Positions 13,451 to 24,887 of a stretch of DNA of 64,000 nucleotides are shown here, piece by piece. How positions within the stretch are numbered: position 1 is the stretch's first letter; each line of letters begins with the position of its first letter. The DNA comes from Chiloscyllium plagiosum. Its lineage: Eukaryota. The translations under genes and the position numbers were made by a program. The stretch is from assembly GCF_004010195.1 (NCBI RefSeq), contig NC_057719.1, positions 50,643,008 to 50,707,007 of the forward strand, in the 5' to 3' direction. The notes under the pieces were generated by a model. That model searched no databases and had not been told where the DNA came from. It saw nothing but the letters and a program-made list of their open reading frames with translations.

Positions 13451-14569
13451 CTGTAATCTCTGCATCTTTAACAACTAGGTTTTATGTTGACTGAACTCTT
13501 CAAATTAGAAAGCTTTAGAGGACTTTTTTAAACAAATAAATAGACCAAATAAGTCCACACCCTTGTTCAAACAATGATTTCAAAAATAATAGTTTGGAAA
13601 TATCCACCAGGACTTACTCACCAATCAGCCGCTCCTGTTGGTCCCACTCACTTTCTGAACTGTTACCTCTGGTCTACTCCTGCCCACTTGGGGCCTGTGG
13701 AAGTAGTAAGGGAAACAAGACACAGTGATGCCTCCCTTCTCCACTTACCTCAACTCCCAGCATTTTTGCAGCCTGTACTCTGTGCTGGTAGCACTGTTGG
13801 CTTTGCTTTTAAACTCAGAAATGTGTCATTATGGCCGGCACAGCCAGTGGTTCCCAAGTTCCCTGAATGAATAAAAATTTTCTGATGCATCACTTTTTTT
13901 GCATTTCACACGTGGTCATTAGTTTGAAGCACATGCAGTGTGTTTGCCACGTAAACTGCTGAAACCTACTACAAGTGTGATGTTGCCATATGGTGACAAG
14001 TCCACACCCTTGGCTGTTCACTACCTGCCTCTCCCTCGATTGGAAGGCAATGCAAGCTACTGAAACCTGTAACTGAGCATTAAAGATCTGGTGCATTAAA
14101 ATGAAATGTGAGCCACAGAGACTGGCAGTCCATCAGTCAGTGCTGAAGTCATTGAACATGCCTTTCGAAAGCAGAGTGAAGTGACAGACGTGGCAACCTC
14201 TTGAGTTATTACAAAATAAGTGAGCAGTAAGAAAGCAAAGCAAGAGCTATTTAATGCATCCTGTGTCGATGCATGTATGTCCCTGTACACAAAGAAACCT
14301 GGCAGAAGTATACAAATGTCCCTGATCTCCAAAGTGTTAAAGGACTGAAGATGCAAGAGTTGGTCTGAGAGTAGTCATGATGGTGTGGTGAGGCTGGTTC
14401 CTTGTCGATGCTAACTTTCATGGATGAAGTATCAAGAAGGATGATGAATATGGAGCATGCAGGGACATTGTTATAAAGAAGTATTTGCATAATGGCCAGG
14501 ACAAGTATTTGGTGAGCTGTATCTGCCAGGAACCAGTGCTGATTTATATGTTTAAAATTTGTGCTGTTT

Positions 14570-14870
14570 AGAAACATAGAAAATAGGAGCCAGTGTTGGC
14601 CATTTGACACTTTGAATCTCCTCCATCATACAACATGAATATGGCTGGTTATCCAATTCAGTACCTTGTTCATACTTTCTCCCCATAAACTTTGATCCCT
14701 TTACCCCTTAAAAATATTCAATGTTTGGCCGTCAACCATGTTCTGTGGCAGTGAGTTCCACCTGGTTCACCAAACTCTGGGTGGAGAAATTTTCCTCGTC
14801 TATGCCCGAAATGGCCTACCCCTGTGACCCCTAGTTCTGGACTCCCTGATCATCGGGAGCATTCTTCTTA
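14570..14870 (-). mobile_element. CR1 3' end fragment
   Basis: Reverse-complemented CR1 tail (agaaacatagaaaataggagc...) and ESRTRGH motif. Confidence 0.75.
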
Positions 14871-17031
14871 TGATTAGTCCTTCTAGATTTTGAAGAAGAA
14901 GAGGAAATTGGTTGTGGCATTTAAAAGAGGTGAATTTGCTTATTTTCTGCATTTGAAGTGCTAATGCAGGAAATAAGCTAGCCGCCACTCCATGGCTAGA
15001 TTCTGAAGTTGCTTTTTGAAGCTTGAGGGAAAAATCAGCGAAATGTTCCTGAGTATCAAGATTCTGAATTTTGTTTTCATTACCTCCATATTTTCCCACT
15101 ATTCTCATGATTGCTCATGTCACATCAAGATGCAATTCTGTGGTGAGTGTCTGATTTGACCAGTTTCTTGAGAATTGTTATGTCTACATGTAGTTTTTAA
15201 TGTAAAGGTTTGGAAAGTGAGAAAAGGGTTGGCTTTATCTAAATTGACTCCAAGTTTGGTTTGCATTTAGATACTTGCAGGTTAGTTTCCACTGATTTGA
15301 GTTGTCATTGGAATGTTGTGATGAAAGTTGTGTATATCTAAAAATCATTTTAGAGTTTGAATTTGAAACTACAGAAGTAAGAGTGTTGGTTACTTGTGTG
15401 AATGAGTTTAAAAAGATGGAAAACAATGTCAGAAAGTCCTTCTAGAACTGTGACCTAAGTCAATATGTGTCAGAGAGCAAATGATTGCAAATTACCTGGA
15501 AAGTTAATGGAAGATTCTTTGTGCTGTGGGGTTTCGACAAGGAGTAAGTATTGAAAAGCATTATATTGTTTTTTTGTATCGGATAATTAAGGATTGATTT
15601 TAACTGAGAAAATCCCAGAGACTAAAAGCTTATAAAATAAACTTCTGTATTACTGTACTAAATCTGCAGCCTTGTGTGCTTGTTTCAATGAATGACCACC
15701 ACGTTAAATAGAAAAAAAAATCTATCAAACCAGATTTTATTTGAGGATTGAACTTAGTAATAGTAACATCAGTTACAATCATAAGGTGTTAAAGCAAATA
15801 AATAACTTCAATTTTGTATTTTCAGGCTACCTCTGGGTAATCTGGAGGGTTATGTCTTTACTGTCAAGAAAGTGTGTTTATGTTTAAGTAGATTTATGTC
15901 ATCTTTGGTTTGGGATAGTAGCTATCTGACCTCCTAATTACAAGCTTCACTCTACAATCTTGAATACATAGCCAAACTAACACTCGAGAATGCTGGTTTT
16001 TCAGACAAGATATTAAGACGTCAGCTTTCCATTTCCACTATTCTCTGAATAGCAGGGGCATTCCTTCAGTTTTCCTGGCTTCTATTTATGCCTCAACCAA
16101 CACCAGGAACAAAGAGTATTTCGACATTTATTTCATGCTACTTGTAGGTCTTGCTGTGCACAACTTTGCTGGTATGTTTCTCAACATTACAGCCAATGTA
16201 CATTAGAAATACTTCATTGATATTGAGGTGCTTTGGAATGTCCTAAGGTTACCATAAGTTCAATGTAAATGCAAGTTGTTTCTTGCAAGGATGATTATAT
16301 TGGAAAGAAAGCCCACAGTGGCCACACAACTTGCATATGATCATGAATATTGCTTTAGCTGATTGGAATGGCTAATGCTAAAATGTGTGCCAACAGCTAA
16401 TATGTAACTTATACTGTGCTGCTTATTGTCTCATTGCATGGATGTTATCGCAATGTCTGATGAAATAGACACTCTGTGGAAATACCATAACGGATGTTCA
16501 AATTCTGTGTTAGAAGTCTTTGCCTTAGCAATGGGTGTTTCTTTTAGAGATTGCTGGGCTGTTGGCAGAACTAATAATGAGTCATTGTTATGTGATTGTG
16601 AATTTTCCTGAATTAAACTTTTATAAAAATGTGCATTAATAGTACATTCTTTGAAGTAATTATCATGATTCTGTTGATCATAATCAATCTTGAATATTTT
16701 CAAACTCTTGTAGACAAAAATGGAATGTCATTTCTGGACCCATTCTAGGGTCTTCATTGAGCACACCGTTTGAAATTGGAGCAAATCGTGATCCTCACTT
16801 CAATATGCAGTGTGACTACAATTCTCCTTCAGAGTTAGACGCAATAACAAGACAGTTAACTTTAATATGTGATTCAGTTATTTATTAAAAAAAAAGCTTT
16901 TTTAAAAGTATGCTTGGTAGTCTGAATGAAGGGGAAGTTGTTTTAATTTAAATTCTCAGTTGTAAAAATGTGAAGAAGTTTTAAGTCTTCATTTGTACTC
17001 ATTTTATCAATAAATATATTTTTGGATTTAG

Positions 17032-17054
17032 CAAAACGAAGGCCAGGGCTACAG
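17032..17054 (+). CDS. KIAA0586: Candidate 23-nt microexon (xKTKARAT+G)
   Basis: Consensus donor CAG|gtgagt and a modest acceptor tttttggatttag|. A phase 2 to phase 1 reading joins in frame to 23004-23043. Splice-signal evidence only. Confidence 0.33.
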
Positions 17055-17269
17055 GTGAGTGGATTAGGAGAAGGCAGTTTCAGCATAATTTTTTATTGTA
17101 CGGTGCCCACTGAAAAAGAAGCAAGTTGTGAGATAAGATCATTGAGTTCTCTCTGGTTATGTCTGTTGAACGTGGGAATGGAAAAGTGACATATTTCTTG
17201 GAATTTTGTATGGCTCATACCAAGAGTAGAGGAATATTTCCATTGTCTTTGATATTAGATCTTTTTTTT

Positions 17270-17541
17270 GGATTCCCTACAGTGTGGAAACAGGCCCTTC
17301 GGCCCAACAAGTCCACACCGACCCTCAGAAGAGTAACCCATTTCCCTCTGACTAATGCACCTAACACTAAGGGCAATATAGCATGGCCAATTCACCTGAC
17401 CTGCACATCTTTTGACCGTGGGAGGAAACCCACGCAGACACAGGGAGGATGTGCAAACTCCACACAGACAGTTGCCTGAAGCTGGAATCGAACCTGGGAC
17501 CCTGGTGCTGTAAGGCAACAGTGCTAACCACTGCACCGCCC
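17270..17541 (-). mobile_element. HE1-like V-SINE with internal deletions
   Basis: Reverse complement gives a tRNA-like head (gggcggtgcagtggttagcact) and the HE1 3' end. Confidence 0.9.
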
Positions 17542-18039
17542 CTATTATGTTATTTCAATTTGTCAAATTTGCTAGATAATCAGAAAGTCATTATAGCCTC
17601 AGCACATAAAATTAGATAGTTAACAAGAAAGGTTAGTGTCCAGTCTTCAGATGGTTTTGATGACAATTCATCATGTTTTGAAATTTAAGCAGGAAAGTGG
17701 GTTGCCAACTTTTTTGATCTTGTCGCCTTGGGTTAATAAATACATTGAACTTCACAATGTACAAGTTTTATTTTATGACTTGTCTTTTTACAAAAGTTTT
17801 CCATTTTTATATGGTATCCATACTGGGCTGTGCTCAATCTTCTGAGTGTTGTAGCTACAGTAGAAAATCTATCAAACAAACACTAGTATAATTTATCATA
17901 GCTAGTTGTATAGAATGACAAAAATATGGAATATCTCATTTTAGTGATAGTGATCACAACACAGCACTATTTAAGTTTGTTATGAAAAAGAAAAGAGACT
18001 GCAAAAAATAGGATTTTTAATTGAGAGAAATCCAGTTTT

Positions 18040-20300
18040 TATTACAGTAAGGCAAGATCTGGTTAAACTAGATTGTGAGCAGCCACTTGTGAGAAAATCA
18101 GCAGCAGAACAGTGTGGAATATTCAAAAAAGAAATGGGGAGAGTAGAGACCAGCATGTTTCTTTAGGGTGACATGTAGGAGCAACAAACCCAAGGAACCC
18201 TGAATGTTTTGGAATATTCAGAATAAGAAGGCAAAGATTAGGTTTTGGCAGGTGCAAAAAGAGCTAGTAAACAGAGGCCCTAATGGAATATAGAAAATTC
18301 AGGGGGGAAACTTAAAGCAATTAGGAGAGCAAAGAAAAAACCTGGTGGATAAGATAGTGGAGAATCCAAAGATATTCTGTAAGTATAATAAAGAGGACAA
18401 TGAGCAAAGAATAAGGCCTGTTGGGGACCAAGGGGAAACCTATGCATGAAATTGGAGGATATTAGTTGAGTGTTAAATGAATATTTCACATCTCTCTTCA
18501 CTCAGGAGGAGGAGGAGGATGTTGGTAAGGTCTGTTAGGTTCTTGAGCAGATTTGCAGAGGGAGTGGGAAGTATTGCAGCCTTTGGTTGACTTAAAAGTG
18601 TGCAAAATCCTATGTCCAGATGATTTGTACCTCAGGGTGCATTGCAAGGCAGGGCTCTAATCCAAATTTTATATTCCTCTCTGGCTTCAGAAAGGATGCC
18701 AGGTAACTGGAGGATATCTAATATGGTTCCACTTTTCAAGAAATATACTGGAGGTAAACCAGGAAATTACAATGACTGAATCTCCCACCAGTGGGAGGAA
18801 AAATATTTGAGAAAATTCTGATCATCAGCATGCCTTAGAGGGAGGTCATGCCCAACAAATTTGATCCAATTTTCTGAGGAGATGATCATGACTTTAGACA
18901 ACGGTGCAATTGATATAGATTACATGGATTTCAGCAGAGCTTACATGGAGTACTGACTAAGAAGGTAAATGCACATGGGATCCTGGGTAACTTGGCAAGA
19001 TAGAGAGTAGAGGTAGAGGCTGCTTGTATGACTGGAGGCAGATGTCCAGTAGCTTATCTCAAGTGCCGGTACTCCCTTGTCTTGATACTTCTTCCAAAGT
19101 GAATCACCTCACAATTTCCAGGGTTAAATTCCATCTGCTACTGATTTGCCGATCTGACTAATCTATCCATCTGTTTCTCTAATCTTTCTTCCTCGCTGTC
19201 AATCATCCAGTCAATCTTTGTGTCATCTGCAAACTTCATTCCCCCTACATTTTTCTCTACACTGTTTATATATGTATAATGAACAATGAGGGACCCCAAG
19301 GGAGTATCTGGTGTATTGCAAAACATTAGGCTATTCAGGGGAACAGAGAGATCTTTGGGTGCTTATCCACAGATTCCTGAAGCTGGTTAAGAAAGCAAAC
19401 AGGATACTTGTCTTTACCAAGATTAGAGTGGTGCTGGCCTTTGCCCGAAACGTCGATTTTTCCTGCTCCTCGGATGCTGCCTGACCTTCTGTGCTTTTCC
19501 AGCACCACTCTAATCTTGACTCTGAACTCCAGCATCTGCAGTACCTACTTTTGTCTAGTTGATTTTTACCAGTCATAACCTTCCTGCTTTTGTAATCTAT
19601 GTTATGCTGGAGCTGTACAAAACATTGGTGAGACCACAACTGCCGTACTCCCTGCAGCTCTGGATGCCGCACTAAAGGAAAGATGTGATTGCACTGGAGT
19701 GGATGCAGAGGAGATTCACCAGGATGTTGCATGGGTTGGAGCATTTTAACTCCAGCGAGAAGCTGGATAGGCTTAGCTTGTTTTCTTTAGAGCAGCAAAG
19801 GCTAAGAGGGGACCTGATGAAGGTAAATAAGATTATGAGGGGCATCAACAGGGTGGATAGGAAGCACCTGTGCCTTTTAGCATTATAAAATCATCAGTAC
19901 AGAAGAGGCCCTTCAACCCGTTATGTCTGTACTGCCAAAGCTGCACTAAATCTACACTAGTCCTGCTCTCCAGCACTCAGCCCATAGCCTTGAATGTTAT
20001 AGTTGTAAGGTCAAAAACAAAGGAGGCATAATTTCAAGATGAAGGGCAGGAGTTTAGAAGGGATTGAAGAAAAGTTTTTTTTTAACCAGAGGGCAGTGGG
20101 AATCTGGAATGAACTGCTTGGGAGAGTAGTTGAGGTGGGAAACCTCCCAACTTTTAAAATCAGTACTTGGATATGCACTTGTGTCATAATATTCAAGGCT
20201 ATGGGTCAACTGCTGTGAAGTGGGACTAATGTAGTGTACAGTAGTTTTTGTAGATGTAGACTTGATTGACCCAAAGGGCCTCTTCTGTATTGTATGAGTT
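18040..20300 (+). mobile_element. Old CR1 ORF2/3' remnant with an internal inversion, a PLE insert and an antisense CR1 tail
   Basis: CR1 motifs on + (LEWMQRRFTRML...LRGDL). The KFADDTK segment at 19080-19296 is on the minus strand. An antisense tail fragment lies at about 19885-20005. Confidence 0.8.
19418..19560 (+). mobile_element. Penelope-like pseudo-LTR fragment with a short inverted 5' segment
   Basis: gcccgaaacgtcga...ggatgctgcctgacc...ccagcatctgcagt resembles 62112-62220. 19418-19437 is the exact reverse complement of 19499-19518. Confidence 0.8.
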
Positions 20301-20969
20301 GTTATCGTACTCTTTCAAAAAATCTATGCGATTGTGTATTTTCATGAAGTGCATATTTGTAAAGGACTGTTTGCAAGCAGCTGTTATCCAAACTTGGCCT
20401 GAATTTGGGAAAATCAAGCAGAACTTCAATTACTTCCAGACTCGTACCAAGTTCTTCCAGATGTCTGAGGGGTTTGTGGTCTACAGTAGTAGTTACAAAA
20501 CTTGTTTTAATACTTTCTGTGTGTCTTCACAAATAAGTGCAAAATGTAAAAAAAAAAATTCAAAGATATGTGCATCATGATTGGAGTTATTTTGAGCCTG
20601 CACTTTGCTAAATCTCTGCTGTATATTGGCTGTATTAATGTGCTACCTGTGCAGCTTTCTGTATCGAACTATTTCTTTCTCTATCCAGCTGACACAGAAT
20701 TTGAAAGAGACTATTTAATGTTGCTTATAGTTTTTTTTTGAAACGTAGGGGTAACACTTTTATAGTCTCCAATTTGCTGATGGAAGTAATAGTATTTGGA
20801 CCAAGATTGTGTCATGGATTAAGAAGTTGATCCTTTCATAAAGAATTTTCAAAATAATAGGGAGTGTGATGACACAAAATATGTTCAAAAATAACTCTCT
20901 GTTACATTTGTCATAAAAAGTCAATTAAAAATGAAAACTGATCTATTGTAACTTCTAAAACTGGGTGAC

Positions 20970-21340
20970 CAAAAGAAATATAAACAGAAGTAGGCCATTT
21001 GGCAAATTGAGCCAGCTCTGCCATTCACTAAGATCATGGCTGACCCAGCGTTCATTATGTCCACTCTCCTGCCCTTTCTACATTTCCCTTTACTATCCTA
21101 CTGATCAAGAATGCTCCCAAGCTCTTTGTGGCAAAGAAAACCAAGGATTCTCAACCCTCTGAGAGAAGAAATTCCCCCTCATTTCAGTTTTAAATTAGTT
21201 TCCCTTTATTCTGAGACTATGCACTTTGGTATTAGACTCTCCCATGAGGAGAAACATTCTTTCAGCATTTCTCCTATTAAGCCCCATTAAGAATCTTATG
21301 TTTCAATGAGATCACCTTTCATTCTTCTAAACTCCAGTTG
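20970..21340 (-). mobile_element. CR1 3' end fragment
   Basis: Reverse-complemented CR1 3' UTR and C-terminal coding sequence. Confidence 0.75.
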
Positions 21341-21548
21341 TCTGATACCCCACTGATTGAACTCAGCTGCTACTGAAACCCCCATTAATGTATTTGTTAA
21401 CTGTCCTCAATTTCAAAAAATTGTCCTAACCAGTCTCCACTACTGAACATTCAAATTTTTATTGTCTATATCTTGCATCAAGTCCATTTTGCTTGTTGGT
21501 TTTTGATCTGGAAAGGTCTTGACTTTAAATCCTTGCTTTCAGAATCAT

Positions 21549-21871
21549 GGGCGGCACGGTGGCACAGTGGTTAGCACTGCTGCCTCACAGCGCCAGTGAC
21601 CCGGATTCAGTTCCCGCCTCAGGCGACTGACTGTGTGGACTTTGCACATTCTCCCCGTGCCTGCGTGGGTTTCCTCAGGGTGCTCCGGTTTCCTCCCACA
21701 GTCCAAAAATGTGCAGGTCATGTGAATTGGCCATGCTAAATTGCCCGTAGTGTTAGGTAAGGGGTAAATGTAGGGGTATGGGTGGGTTGCGCTTTGGCGG
21801 GGCGGTGTGGACTTGTTGGGCCGAAGGGCCTGTTTCCACACTGTAAGTAATCTAATCTAATCTAATCTAAT
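21549..21871 (+). mobile_element. HE1-like V-SINE, full length, young-looking
   Basis: tRNA-derived head with A box (TGGCACAGTGG) and a B-box-like element. V-domain GTGGGTTTCCTCAGGGTGCTCCGGTTTCCTCCCACAGTCCAAA. CR1-like 3' end and (TAATC)n tail. Confidence 0.95.
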
Positions 21872-23003
21872 GTATTGCTTTAACCCTTCTCTTTTTTCAT
21901 AACCTCAACCCAGCTCTATAACCCTGTGAGGTCTCTGATCTCATCTAATACTGGCTTTTTACATACCCTCAATTTCCTTCACACCACAACTCATACTCAT
22001 GGCTTCAGTTGCCTCAGCGCTTAAATCTCAAACTTTCTCCCAAAATCTGCCCATTCTTTACGATATTTCCAAAAGTCTGTTTCAGTGATTAGTCAACTGT
22101 TGTAGTGCTTTCTTATGCCGCTTGTCTCAAATTTTGCTTGATAATTCTCTATGTTGCACCAAGGGCATTTCAGCAGTGTGCACTGAATGCAAATTGTTGT
22201 TGCATAGCTCAGATAGTTGGTGAATAATTTTGCTGCATGTCATTGGTGCATATTTAGCCACCTGTTTTTAATCAACCTGTTTGGACATGTTATACCATTC
22301 AACTCTGTAGCAGGTGAGACTTGAAAACAGACCTTCTGGCCCAGAGGTTGGGACACTAAATACACCACAAGACCCACACCTTGATCTGATTATTTGTTGA
22401 CAGTTGTAGTGTTGTAGTATTACAGAATAGTTTTTTTGTATAGTTCTAACATGATTTACTGTGGCTGCAGAACAGGATTCCTAATAATGCATTTTACTTT
22501 CAATGCAACATTTCAAGTCTAGTACTCGATAAAATTCAAATCATACCGAAGAAAGGTTTCAAAGTCACTTTTATATTATCCATGGTTTTATTTTTCAGAG
22601 CTTGAGCCCAACGATTAATAAGCTAAAGCTTTCTGAATTGTCTTGAACTATGTGCAGCTGTGTTTTGAAGGAATCCGACTTGCAATATTGCACCTCAGCA
22701 GCTCAGCTCTTTTCCGCAGTGAATTTTGAGCAGGATGACATCACAATGAATTAACGGTCTGCCATCTGCAGTTTCAATGCAAATTTATTTTACAAAAGAA
22801 GACAGTAAAAATAAATTAAATAACATCATGTTAGCACTGTATTTTAATCCAAGCCACAAATGCCATCTTTTTTCCGTGTGAATATTGTAGATTTTGTAAA
22901 CAGTCTCTGTTTTATTATAACAAATTGGTCTGTTTTTGCTGATTTGTGAAGGCATTTCTTAGTTTTTTTTAGTGTTTGAGTTAAGCCTTTTTTCCTTTGA
23001 CAG

Positions 23004-23043
23004 CCATGACAATGGAAGAAAAATTTGCCTGTAACCTTATAAG
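23004..23043 (+). CDS. KIAA0586: Candidate 40-nt exon (xMTMEEKFACNLI+AG) upstream of the 33782 exon
   Basis: Acceptor cctttttttcctttgacag| and donor AAG|gtaatt. The only open frame ends in phase 2, which is the phase the 33782 exon needs. No recognisable protein homology. Confidence 0.5.
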
Positions 23044-24199
23044 GTAATTTTATTATCCTCTATCTTAAACATCATATGAAGAGAACAAGCACACAAAGGC
23101 TGTCAAGCAGAATCAAATTCAGCTCTCAATGAATCCTGTGTTTTCAGATAGCTCATGAAGAGTTCAATTTTCTGTTAGATATATTTTAAATTGCTTTGAT
23201 TTTGCAGGTACATTGAGATACATAACACTGTAATGTCTGGTTGTGTATATTGCCACTGTCTAAATTTAACTTATGTAGGCCAAGCAAAGAGAGATTGTGT
23301 GACATGCGTTCCAGAGCTAATGGTTTCAACCTAACATCTGTTTGCTGCTTAGGTATACAACATACATTAACAAGATGTTTTTACTGATTTGAAATAAACT
23401 GATTTGTGATATGTAGGATCAAAAATACAGATTCACTGACTGATGAAGCATTTAGTATGCAGTGAATAAATTGTGTACAGAGGATGAGGACTCCAAGATA
23501 GTTATTGGAAGCTGCTCTGACACTGAATGGAAACTCCCCTGAGGCAAAAGCTGTTTACCATTTGGGCTAGAATTGAAATAGCTTTGTTTGATCAGATTTC
23601 TCCAGAAATGCACTGATATTTTCTGGACTTTTATACACAAAAATAAGCAAATAGGAAAGGGAAGCAAAAATATTGACATTTTGAATATTTTGTCACTTGC
23701 GCTTGATTTGGTAAAACCTAATGACTAACAGTTTTCAACTGTTTAAAACATACAATTTAATGTGCCTGAAAAGAGATAATTGAGCATAAATGTGAAAAAA
23801 ATGCAGACAGAATACTTCTGTTTTCTTGCCTTGTTTCCCTCTATCTGGATAATATTGATTACTGAATGAAATGAAATTCTGTAGGGACCAGACATTGCCT
23901 GGGGCTGAATCAATATGGGTACGATTTATCTGCAAGCTTCAACAATGAATGCTAGCTGTTATTAAATTGCAGTGCAGATGGAATGGATGCAAAGTTAGGA
24001 TAGCGAGTTGGGGGCTAGGTATGGGGGAACTGGAGGTTGGTTGTCACATCCTCTCCAATCTTGTTCTCATTGGATAAGAAATTTCAACAGGTGTCACTTT
24101 ATACCTCTGAAATTGTGAATCGTGGTGAATGTACTCTTTTTTTTTCAACCCATGATCTTGAAGGTTCCCTCTCACCATTATGCTTTGGAGCAGCTAGCT

Positions 24200-24887
24200 A
24201 AGCACAGACTGGTATATCCAACTTAACAGCTCAGAGGTAGAACAAGTGGAGAGTGTCAAGCTCCTGGAGTGGTCATCCACAACAAGTTTTCTTGGACTCT
24301 TCATGTTGGGCCTTTGTAACCATTGCATCCACAACAACTTTCCTTCCTCAAGCAGCTGAGGAAATTTTGCATGACGGCGAATACCCTTGCCAACTTTTAT
24401 AGGTGCGCCGTCGAGAGCATTCTGTCTGGATGTACCACTACCTGGTATGGCAACTGTACATTCAAGCTCTGAGATGGTTACAGAGAGTGGTGAACTCAGT
24501 CCTGACAATCACAAAGGCCAAAGTCCCATCTATAGAATCCATCTACCAGGCCTGCTGTCAAGGAAAGGCCACCAGCATCCTCAAAGATCCATCCCACCCT
24601 GGCAATGTTTTTCTTCAACCTCCACCATCGGGGAGAAGGTACAGAAGCCTGAACACACGCACCAGCCGGTCTCGTAACAGATTCTATCCTACTACTGTTC
24701 AAGTACTGAATGGACTCACAAACTCTTAACATTCGTCTGTACCGTGTTTTTGTTTTTGCCGCTGTTTATCTATTATTTACTTATCTACGCTGCTTAACTA
24801 TGTGATCTGCCTGTATTGTTCGCAAGATAAAGCTTTTCACTGTGCCTCGGTACACATGACAATAAAATAAATTTAATTCAATTCAAC
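24200..24887 (+). mobile_element. Rex1/Babar-like LINE 3' fragment
   Basis: C-terminal ORF LQRVVNS...ILKDPSHPG...PSGRRYRS...FYP typical of this clade. 3' UTR with aataaa and an (ATTCA)n-like tail. Confidence 0.8.

Noticed and set aside
15826..15836. 11-nt segment between a good acceptor and a GT
   Set aside because: Weak donor and no independent support.
21549..21620. tRNA-like sequence with A/B boxes
   Set aside because: Head of a multi-copy SINE, not a tRNA gene.
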